Virus record (IMG/VR): IMGVR_UViG_3300036853_000446
Coordinates: 62,001 to 126,000 of that record
Length of the DNA: 64,000 nucleotides
Strand: one strand, 5' to 3'
Each line of letters opens with the position of its first letter. The stretch's first letter is position 1. Positions 35,850 to 43,833 of this stretch are shown piece by piece. The translations under genes were made by a program, and so were the position numbers. The notes beneath the pieces are model-generated. The model worked only from the letters and a program-made list of their open reading frames with translations. It was not told the DNA's origin and did no database searches.

Positions 35850-37079
35850 TCAGCTATAAAACTTGAGAACCTGACGGATTGCAGCCGGTGGGACCCGGTA
35901 CTCGCGCTCGCCTCCGTGGAGCGATATACCCGGGTACTCCATGTCGACCTCCACCGAGACAACGCCGATGTCCTTGGGATCTGCATCCTTTAGGTAGGCG
36001 ATGAGCTTATGCCGATTCATGTGTACGGGATTCAGGCGACTCGTTTGGACGTACAAAAAGGCATCGTACACGTTGAACACATCGATCGGGTCGCTCAGTA
36101 CCTCGTCTATGTCCCGCTCCTCGGACGCATGACCGATGGCTTTTACCGTCAGGACCCACCGACGTCCGTTGTGCGTGAGGTCCTGATATTGCTTCTTAGC
36201 CTGGCTACCGAGCCAAAGCAGAAACTCTTCGATGTTGCCTTCTCGAAGGCCCCAATCGAGAATCTGTGACGCTTTGATTTGCCCGGTGGCGATCAAGGCG
36301 GCCTCTTTGAATGAGCGGGCGATATCCAAGGCTGCCTTCAGGTCGTACGTGAACGAAATCCCATTGCCACCGGACTTCAAACTCTGCGAGCCTCCGAGGC
36401 CGATCTGGTCCTTGGGCATCTCGGCGGAGAAACCCCGTTGGTAGATTTCCCGTGCCTTGACCGATGCGTGATAGAGTGTCTCGACTTTGCCTGGCTTGGC
36501 GTCACCGGTCTCGAAGGCCTCGAGCTGAGCCAACTTGCCATCTAAGAACATTACGAGCTTGCGAGTCTCTTCGGCGAACTCCTCGAGAATTTTCAGGGGC
36601 TCCGGCATCAGGCCAACCTCATCCATTTCATTCCAGGCGAATCTATCCAGGTTCGTCAGCGCCGTCCCGAGGCCGCGAAGAGTAGCGCCATACTTATATT
36701 GATCCTTGTCGAGAACATTCGCAACGGCCTCCACCAACGGCCGCGCAAACCTATCCAACATGTGGGGATTCTTAGGCGCCAATTGGTTGAGGTAATGAAA
36801 CGCGGAGTCGAGGTCATTCTGGTGGCGGTTCAGTGCCTCGCGAATCTTCGACCACGTGGGCAGCCCGACCTTGGCCAACACCTCTTCTTTCAATGACTGC
36901 CAGTTAGCCTTCTCAGCAAGCTCGGTTGCCAACGCCATGAGCTGTATGAGGCCCTTCTTCGTGTCCTTCTCGAGGGCTTTCAGAAAAACGAGGATTCTGC
37001 GAGGCGGCAGGATGAGGGCACGTCTCGAAAATCCCCCGAGCGTGAGGTAACGTTGGGCAACGCGGGCAGAGAGATTCAT
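35850..37079 (-). CDS. ADP-ribosyltransferase-fold protein with N-terminal RVA motif (409 aa)
   Basis: TLYHAS...RGF...GNGISFT.D...A..IA and C-terminal GGEREYRVPP; N-terminus MNLSARVAQRYL. Confidence 0.6.
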   Translation of the reverse strand: MNLSARVAQRYLTLGGFSRRALILPPRRILVFLKALEKDTKKGLIQLMALATELAEKANWQSLKEEVLAKVGLPTWSKIREALNRHQNDLDSAFHYLNQLAPKNPHMLDRFARPLVEAVANVLDKDQYKYGATLRGLGTALTNLDRFAWNEMDEVGLMPEPLKILEEFAEETRKLVMFLDGKLAQLEAFETGDAKPGKVETLYHASVKAREIYQRGFSAEMPKDQIGLGGSQSLKSGGNGISFTYDLKAALDIARSFKEAALIATGQIKASQILDWGLREGNIEEFLLWLGSQAKKQYQDLTHNGRRWVLTVKAIGHASEERDIDEVLSDPIDVFNVYDAFLYVQTSRLNPVHMNRHKLIAYLKDADPKDIGVVSVEVDMEYPGISLHGGEREYRVPPAAIRQVLKFYS

Positions 37080-37090
37080 GCCCCTAATCA

Positions 37091-37106
37091 GCGGAAAAGT
37101 GGATTA
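37091..37106 (-). promoter_or_regulatory. CTTTT-core motif copy
   Basis: TAATCCACTTTTCCGC, 12/16 identical to the 13115 copy. Confidence 0.5.
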
Positions 37107-37142
37107 TATCTCACGTCACGTGGCAGGGCATTCACCCTATGC

Positions 37143-39152
37143 TTACCTTGCGAAACGAAGAGATCCTCGGCGACCGCCCCCCGGCGCTTGCCGCGGGGGC
37201 AGACCGTGCTGGCGGGCTCGAAGGGCACGGAAATTGGTCATCGTGGCCGCGGAGGCGGCAAAGGGCCGGTTGTCACTGTACCCGTGCGAGATGAATTTCT
37301 CCGAACTCATCTCGAGGAAGCAGAGCCAGACCGAACGAACGTAGGCGTCGGCAAAATCGTCATGAGCGCCCTTCTTCTTGGGAGCTGAGACAATGACGAC
37401 GTCCTTCGCCACGCTCTTCGCGCGTAGACTCAAAAGCTCGTCGATGTGCGGCGAATGCCTGGCGGCCCCTACCTCGATCGAGTGTTTCGGGAGCGGGAAA
37501 TCGTAGATGAGGAGCGTCTCGTTGTACATCATCGATTTCGTCGCCTGGTACATCTTCGAGGTCTGGTCTCGCGTAAAATGCTCAGACGTAAACTGTTTGA
37601 GGCCTTTCTTCGTCAGCGACTGTTCGAGCGGAATGCCGTTCCAGCGATCGAAGAGGCCCTGCTTGATGTGAAAGCGCCTCGTGATCAGGTGGATCCAATC
37701 GGCGATCTGGTCGAAATCGAGCCGTTGCACGTCTTTCAACGTCTTCGAATACTCGGTCGAATACTGCCCGAGCAAATGCGGATTCGTCTCCCGCCAGTCT
37801 TCACCCGCGCGCCAGCCCTCGTGGTAGTCGAGAACGATCCTGTCCTGCTCGATATGGTTGACGACGATGAACGTCCCGTCGTCGACCAATCCGACATCGA
37901 TTCCCATGTTGTGGGGGCGCCGCGGGGGACCCCTCGTGATGGGCCGCGATTCGGGCTCGATGCAGGCCTGGAGGTCCTCTTCCCGCTCGATCCAGCCCGA
38001 CAGTTGGTCGCTGAACTGAGCCCCGTACTCGACGTTGAACGACGTCGCGTCCGAATAGTAAGCCTGCTGGAGGTCAGAGAGCGGAACCGTCGGGTTGACC
38101 TCCCAGGTCGGAGCTTGGATCCCGAGCATGTTCGTCGCGCCTTTGCCCCCTCGCATGGCCTGGTCGAACAGCTCGAAGAAGCGCCCCGATTTTCCCAACG
38201 GAGACGAGATGCAGACGACCCTCGATTCCTTGCCTCCTACGGGCAACATGGGGTTGGTCGGGTCCTTCGGGGAGAAGGCCGCGGCGGACGGCGTGACGGA
38301 GGTATAGATCTCTTCGGCGCTCCCGGGGCCCGTATCCAGAAAGTGCGCGAACTCGTCGAGAATGATGACGATGTTGCCCGCGCCACGGAGTCCTTTGCCG
38401 GTAGCGCCCTTGAAGGTCAGCCGAACGCTCGCCTTGCCGCTGAACGAGGTGTATTTCCCGTTCTCTCGATAGATCGCGCCGTATTTGTCGATGTCGAATG
38501 GCGTCCGAAAGTTGACCTGGCTCTGCGTGTTGTTCGCCTGGTACGGTCGAAAGTAATCGCATTTGGCGAGATGGCCCGCCACCTCGTTGAACAGAATGCC
38601 GGCCTGATCCTTGTCCGTGGCGACCGAGATGATCTGGATCCGGTTGCCGTCGGGCAAGCCGTAGTAGGCTTGCGGGTTATAAAGATTGAGGAGACGATAG
38701 ACCTCGTAGCTAGCAAAGACCGCAGAAAGCGCCGTCTTCCCAGCGCGCCGACCGAGCGCGAGGAATAGATCGCGCCGCTCGTGGTCCTGCGCGCCGATGT
38801 TGCAGCGCCCCTGGTTGAAAAGGTACTCGAGGTATTGCTTCTCCGTGAACGTGTACCGGGTATTGCCCGTGAGCACGTCGCGGACCTTGATCCGGAGGTA
38901 ATCCTCCTCCGGCAACGTGTCGTCGAGTTCGAGGAAATAGTAGAGCTTGACGATGAATCGCTGCACCGGAAATAGGGTCATGTGCAGACCCCAGTCCGAT
39001 TCGATGTATTCGAGGATGTTGAAAACGTTGTCAGCGGACGTGACGCGCTGACCGTCGACCGCCGGGGCCTTCCTCAAGGCATCGCGCTTCGCGTCTTGAC
39101 CCGCCTGGCGAATGAGCCCGGCCAGACCGGGCTTTGGAGGAAGCGCCGCCAT
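37143..39152 (-). CDS. terL: Terminase large subunit (669 aa)
   Basis: Walker A LGRRAGKT, Walker B IILDEFAH, CISSP coupling motif, nuclease IDVG and HDDFADA. Confidence 0.9.
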   Translation of the reverse strand: MAALPPKPGLAGLIRQAGQDAKRDALRKAPAVDGQRVTSADNVFNILEYIESDWGLHMTLFPVQRFIVKLYYFLELDDTLPEEDYLRIKVRDVLTGNTRYTFTEKQYLEYLFNQGRCNIGAQDHERRDLFLALGRRAGKTALSAVFASYEVYRLLNLYNPQAYYGLPDGNRIQIISVATDKDQAGILFNEVAGHLAKCDYFRPYQANNTQSQVNFRTPFDIDKYGAIYRENGKYTSFSGKASVRLTFKGATGKGLRGAGNIVIILDEFAHFLDTGPGSAEEIYTSVTPSAAAFSPKDPTNPMLPVGGKESRVVCISSPLGKSGRFFELFDQAMRGGKGATNMLGIQAPTWEVNPTVPLSDLQQAYYSDATSFNVEYGAQFSDQLSGWIEREEDLQACIEPESRPITRGPPRRPHNMGIDVGLVDDGTFIVVNHIEQDRIVLDYHEGWRAGEDWRETNPHLLGQYSTEYSKTLKDVQRLDFDQIADWIHLITRRFHIKQGLFDRWNGIPLEQSLTKKGLKQFTSEHFTRDQTSKMYQATKSMMYNETLLIYDFPLPKHSIEVGAARHSPHIDELLSLRAKSVAKDVVIVSAPKKKGAHDDFADAYVRSVWLCFLEMSSEKFISHGYSDNRPFAASAATMTNFRALRARQHGLPPRQAPGGGRRGSLRFAR

Positions 39153-39155
39153 CGC

Positions 39156-39740
39156 CTACTCTCGGAGGTGCAGGCGGTCCTCCCAGCCCTCCATGGCGAA
39201 CGAGAACTTGTTGAAAAAGAGATCGAGGACTTCAGCGGCGAGAACGCCCTCAGTGACCATTTCCGTCATGACGTCTCTCAAAATGTCGACCCACATCTTG
39301 TGGACTCGCTGCATCTCTTCGCTGTTCGGATCGATGACGGTCACACCGATCTTCTTGATGCTCAACTCGATCGTCGACGCCTGCTTCCAAGCGGACACGA
39401 TCTTCGACGAAAGCTGGCTCGTCTCGAGGCCACGACGGTCTCGGTCGATGCGGTCAAATTCGAGAGCGGCAGCCTCCCGCACCAATTGGTGCTTGATCTG
39501 GTTCAGGTTGTCGACGGTCGAGTTGCCCGTGCTCCGCGGCTCGTGTCCCCGGACCAGCGGGTGGCCGAGCACGTACTCCTGGCGCTCGACCGTGCGCCGG
39601 TCACGGTCTTCCTGCTGCCGCCCGGCGAGTTGCTCAGCCATAATCTCTCGAACGGCGCTTCTCGTCGGAAGTCTTCGATTCGGAGCGGGAATGTGGTGCA
39701 CGGGGTAGACGGGTACGATCCCGAACTTGCTGGGTGGCAT
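39156..39740 (-). CDS. Possible terminase small subunit (194 aa)
   Basis: Directly upstream of terL, helical; position-based only. Confidence 0.4.
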   Translation of the reverse strand: MPPSKFGIVPVYPVHHIPAPNRRLPTRSAVREIMAEQLAGRQQEDRDRRTVERQEYVLGHPLVRGHEPRSTGNSTVDNLNQIKHQLVREAAALEFDRIDRDRRGLETSQLSSKIVSAWKQASTIELSIKKIGVTVIDPNSEEMQRVHKMWVDILRDVMTEMVTEGVLAAEVLDLFFNKFSFAMEGWEDRLHLRE

Positions 39741-39752
39741 AAGATCTCACAA

Positions 39753-41702
39753 TCAAACCAGGTTGATGGCGTTATTCCCAAACTGAACCGAGGCATCGAA
39801 CGACACGCCCGGGGGGTTCAATTCCAAAGTTCCGGCGCCCTTCAGCTCGAACTCCTGCAGCATCGTCATCCCGTTGTTGACCAGGCTCGCGTAGTCCGAC
39901 GTCGCCGTAGCGAGCCCGCTCGCGAGGATGGCGCGCTGCTGAGCGAGCTTGTCTTGATAGGGCGGTTCGTTCGCGAGCCGCTTGTTCAGCACCGAGCACA
40001 CCCCGATCTCGGTCTGGTGGATGCACGACGCGCATTTGTCGCCGACCTTCGCGTAGCGTACGGCGTTCCGGGACCGGTGAAGGCGCTGGGCTTCCTTGCA
40101 GCCCTTGCCGTAGTCGTCGTAGACCGTTGGGTCGACGAAATAGATGCCCTGGAGGCCCTGGTTATTGGCGACGGCGCGGCGCAATTCACTCCCGGCCGCC
40201 ACGAGATCACGGGGGTCGAATTTGGACTGCATGACCGTCTGCAGCTCGGAGCCATAAAGACCCTCGTTCATGAGTCTCGAGGCCGTTTTGAGAATTTCCC
40301 GCCGCGTGAGAGTGCCCGTTGCGTGCTCCTGTCGGAGGCCACGGAAGGCCCTCTGTACGGTCGCACGTGCCGCGTCTACCGCCGTCGGTAACGGGGAAGA
40401 GGCCACCTTGTGAATGTTCTGCAGGGCGCTACGCGGGGTCGCGCCCCAATCCACGCGATGGGCGGAAGCGGGGATCGTGCCGGCGATCTTATGCTCGTCG
40501 AGCACGGCCGAGACGGTCTCCGGCGTATAGATCTCGTCGACGCTGGCGACGAGCTTCCGACCGTACATCAAGCAACGGCCGACCTTCGAAAAGATGCACG
40601 AAGGGCATTTGTCACCGGCAACGATGGCTCGAATCTTGGACCCGTGCTTGCTCAGGAAATCCGCCCCTTCGCGGCAGTCATCGAAGCTATCCTGAGTCGA
40701 ATAGACAACCCCGTAGAGGCCCGCCTCTCTGATGAGCGGTGCCCAATGGTCCTTCGTTGCCTCGAGGTCCCGCACATCGAAAGCGAGCCGCATTCCGTGG
40801 CGGATCTCGTCAACGTTTCGACCCTTGAGCAGCTCCCGTCGCAGGGTCTCCACGATGGGCCGCGCCCTTGCCGCCTCGACGGATCTGGCCTCCTTCGCGA
40901 GGTCCACGGGTTTACGAAGCAGCCGGGACGCCGGGATGAGCGCGCCATCGTTCTTTTGACCGGAAAAGACGGAAGGCTTGAGCGCCCGCCGGCCCAGATA
41001 CGCCGCCTTGACGCGCGCTTTCGGATCGGAAACGCCGCTCGGGGATACGCCGGACGCGGCGCGCGTCGACTCGACGTTCGAGGCAAGCTCTTCCGAGTAT
41101 TCGACGGCCGGAACCAATTCCTTGTGGAAGATGCCGCAGCGGCTCCCGCCCGACGGCCCCTGCTGCTTGTGACAGCAATCGCCGCACGCCTTTTTCATGG
41201 CCACGAAGCGGGCACTCGACGCATAGCGACGAACGAAGGCTTCGGCGGCAGGGTCCTCCGCGCACGCCGGGAAATCGCTCGCCGCGACATACACGCGCCC
41301 GAGAAGACCCCGTTCGGCGAGGATCTCCGTCAACCCCTGCTTGTTTCTCGCAATCTCTTCTCGCGAGAATTTCGAAAGCAATGTCTCTTGCCAGCGCCGA
41401 GTGTCGTCCGACTGCATGAGGCTGAGGCGCGCGAGTCGCATGAGCGGGCCGTCCTGATGAATAGGCGACACGTCCACCCTGCGCAGAGCGTTGGGATATC
41501 CCGCCGTATCGCGATTGGGCACGAAATAAACGACCGGGTCGTATGCCTCGTGAGACCACTGCGCCTTCAACTCGGGGACGATGTCGTGATTCTGCCTGGG
41601 CAGCGTCTCGAGCGCCCTGTACTGCGCCTCGTCAACGTCCAGCCAGTCGTAGTTGCACGGGCTTTCATCTGCAAGGATATGCGTGAGATCGAAATCGGAC
41701 AT
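39753..41702 (-). CDS. Protein with three Cys4 repeat domains (649 aa)
   Basis: Three C...CxxC...C-x4-K-x-L units. Confidence 0.7.
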   Translation of the reverse strand: MSDFDLTHILADESPCNYDWLDVDEAQYRALETLPRQNHDIVPELKAQWSHEAYDPVVYFVPNRDTAGYPNALRRVDVSPIHQDGPLMRLARLSLMQSDDTRRWQETLLSKFSREEIARNKQGLTEILAERGLLGRVYVAASDFPACAEDPAAEAFVRRYASSARFVAMKKACGDCCHKQQGPSGGSRCGIFHKELVPAVEYSEELASNVESTRAASGVSPSGVSDPKARVKAAYLGRRALKPSVFSGQKNDGALIPASRLLRKPVDLAKEARSVEAARARPIVETLRRELLKGRNVDEIRHGMRLAFDVRDLEATKDHWAPLIREAGLYGVVYSTQDSFDDCREGADFLSKHGSKIRAIVAGDKCPSCIFSKVGRCLMYGRKLVASVDEIYTPETVSAVLDEHKIAGTIPASAHRVDWGATPRSALQNIHKVASSPLPTAVDAARATVQRAFRGLRQEHATGTLTRREILKTASRLMNEGLYGSELQTVMQSKFDPRDLVAAGSELRRAVANNQGLQGIYFVDPTVYDDYGKGCKEAQRLHRSRNAVRYAKVGDKCASCIHQTEIGVCSVLNKRLANEPPYQDKLAQQRAILASGLATATSDYASLVNNGMTMLQEFELKGAGTLELNPPGVSFDASVQFGNNAINLV

Positions 41703-41704
41703 TC

Positions 41705-43489
41705 TTACCTCGTAGCCTCGCCGTCGGGAGCAAAGGGCTCTTGATTTGATTGACCCGGGGAAAGGCCATCTGGTTGCCTGATGGTGTGCGTCGTAAAATC
41801 GTAGCGCTCGTATCCCGTGTCCACGTCATCGAGCGTGTAGTAGGTGTTGAGCAGGTCCTGACCGCTCTCACTATGGGTGTCTTCGGGCGTCGGCATCTCG
41901 GACGTGCCAATCGACACCAAGTTGTCTTTGGGCCCCGAGTAATAGTCGGACCGCGCCACGTCACCGGCGACGTCCTGTGGCAGTCGCCCGTAGAGAGCGT
42001 CCTGAGCCTGCCGGTGGAGCGCGCCGATCTCCGGCGTCGAGTCCCCCGCTGAGTCCCCCGCTGACTGCGGCACTGTGCCGGGTAGCCCGCTCTGGGGGCC
42101 CCAAACACCCTTCGTTCCGTTGCCTTCACCGGAAGGGTTTGCGTAGCCGCCGGCACCTTCCCCGCGCGCGCCGTAGCCGATGCCGAAATCCCACGCTTCG
42201 GTGGGCGTGTCGTCCGAGTTGGAATCCGGAATACCCGCCGAAGCTTCGGGAGCCTTCCACATCGCGCTGAGGTTGCGCCAACGCTGGTATCCGCGGTGGT
42301 CACCCTCCTCGACACGAACATAGTAGTCCATGACCTTCTCCCAATCCTGGGCGTTCCAACGCCCGAACTGGTGGGTCGTCAACTTCAGCGCTCTGGCAAT
42401 GCCCTTCGTCTCCCCCGGACTCGTGTGTTCCCACCAGTCCTCGATCTCGTCTGCAGTAGGTGCCCTGGCCGCGGCCGCGGCTGCCCGGGACAGGTCATTC
42501 TCAGCCGGACTCTCGGACTCGTTAAAGTCGCCGTAATCGCCCGTCCCTGTCCCCGGGCCCAGGTGATTGACGCGCGGACCGCCCGGAAGCTCCGCCACGG
42601 GCTCCGACGAGTTCGCTTTCTCGAGGCTACGAGAGGCCTTCTTTGGCGGGACGACGTAGATGGCTTGAGCCAGTTGCTCTGCCAACGGCGTCTCTACTGA
42701 CGCGATGCAGCCAGGGCGCGTAGGGTCCGTGTAAAACTCGTGGACCCAGGCCCGGTCAGACATACCTGACGATCGAGACTTCCAGGAGGCTTCCTTCGTC
42801 CGACCGGGAACGTCGTCACCATGCACCTCGCCCTCCGCCTGCGAGGCATCGGCGGTGGGTAAGCCGGACGCCCCCTCGCCCTCGGCGTCGTCGGTCTTCG
42901 GCTTCTTCTTCTTTCTCTTCTTTGACTTCGGCTCTTCAGGCTCGTCCTCCGACTCGCTCTCGCCCTCGATTTCGTCGATCTCGTCCTCAGCCTCGCCCTC
43001 GGGATTCTCCATGACGTCTTGCGCCTCTTCGACGAAGCGGGTCACGTCCTCCTGGTCACTCGGATCGAGCTGAGCGAGTTTCGGCTTCCAATGCGGCGCG
43101 TTGATCTCGTCGAACATGGTGTCGGAGATCGCCGACAAGGCTTCCGAGGCCTCGAAGAGCTTTTGCCGCATGTCGGCAAGCTTCATCACGTACCCGCGCC
43201 CACCCATCAGGCCATCAGGACTCACCGTCGTGCTCTTGAGACGGCTCAAATGCCGGTACGCCGTGAGCGTGTGGCCGAGCGCGACGGTCGAGGCCCAGAA
43301 CGCCTTCGACAGCGGTTTGAGCGCCCTCGCTTGGAACTCGTGATCCTTGGGAATGTTGCGCTTCCCCGCCGACGTCAGATCCTCCGAGCCCGATCCGTTC
43401 TGAGAAGACGGCGGAAACGCCGCGGTCTTCCGCCGCTCAGGCGACGACAGATGCCGAGCCGCGACTCGGGCGCTAGAGGGATCACTCAT
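41705..43489 (-). CDS. Large low-complexity protein, probable internal head protein (594 aa)
   Basis: N-terminal SARVAARHL and RKTAA; helical domain followed by acidic/Gly-rich segments bounded by KEAS, KKAS, KANS. Confidence 0.65.
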   Translation of the reverse strand: MSDPSSARVAARHLSSPERRKTAAFPPSSQNGSGSEDLTSAGKRNIPKDHEFQARALKPLSKAFWASTVALGHTLTAYRHLSRLKSTTVSPDGLMGGRGYVMKLADMRQKLFEASEALSAISDTMFDEINAPHWKPKLAQLDPSDQEDVTRFVEEAQDVMENPEGEAEDEIDEIEGESESEDEPEEPKSKKRKKKKPKTDDAEGEGASGLPTADASQAEGEVHGDDVPGRTKEASWKSRSSGMSDRAWVHEFYTDPTRPGCIASVETPLAEQLAQAIYVVPPKKASRSLEKANSSEPVAELPGGPRVNHLGPGTGTGDYGDFNESESPAENDLSRAAAAAARAPTADEIEDWWEHTSPGETKGIARALKLTTHQFGRWNAQDWEKVMDYYVRVEEGDHRGYQRWRNLSAMWKAPEASAGIPDSNSDDTPTEAWDFGIGYGARGEGAGGYANPSGEGNGTKGVWGPQSGLPGTVPQSAGDSAGDSTPEIGALHRQAQDALYGRLPQDVAGDVARSDYYSGPKDNLVSIGTSEMPTPEDTHSESGQDLLNTYYTLDDVDTGYERYDFTTHTIRQPDGLSPGQSNQEPFAPDGEATR

Positions 43490-43491
43490 TT

Positions 43492-43833
43492 TCAGCCTTT
43501 CAACGGGGAGCCCGAGTCATCGAACATGCGCTCGATATAAAATTCCCCGTGGCCGTCCTTACGAAGGGACCAGAGGTCCCGATCGCTCTTGTGGATCAAC
43601 GTATCCTCCGCAGTCCGGATGAAGCCCGCTAGTTGAGTGAGCGAAGCCACCTTGACTCGTCGAGGGCGGGGCTTGGCGAGCGTTTGCCTGGAGACTGCAT
43701 GCGTCGAGCATGCCTGTTTAGAGGCGGCGCCGAGAGGGGTAACCAACTCGGTGTTATCACCCAAGAACGAGTCGAGCCCGCCGTTGGTGACCTGCATGCT
43801 GCCCAAATCAAAGTCGTTCATTCGTCCCTTCAT
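43492..43833 (-). CDS. Small hypothetical protein (about 113 aa)
   Basis: ATG 43833 in an ATGA overlap with the upstream stop; C-terminal TLIHKS..DLWSL...IERMFDD.G.PLKG. Confidence 0.6.
   Translation of the reverse strand: MKGRMNDFDLGSMQVTNGGLDSFLGDNTELVTPLGAASKQACSTHAVSRQTLAKPRPRRVKVASLTQLAGFIRTAEDTLIHKSDRDLWSLRKDGHGEFYIERMFDDSGSPLKG

Noticed and set aside
37446-41744. Long plus-strand ORFs (37446..38768, 38982..40391, 40410..41744; likewise 14381..15712, 30779..31936, 32344..33504, 57915..58877)
   Set aside because: Antisense shadows of well-supported minus-strand genes; high GC3 suppresses stops; no recognisable motifs.
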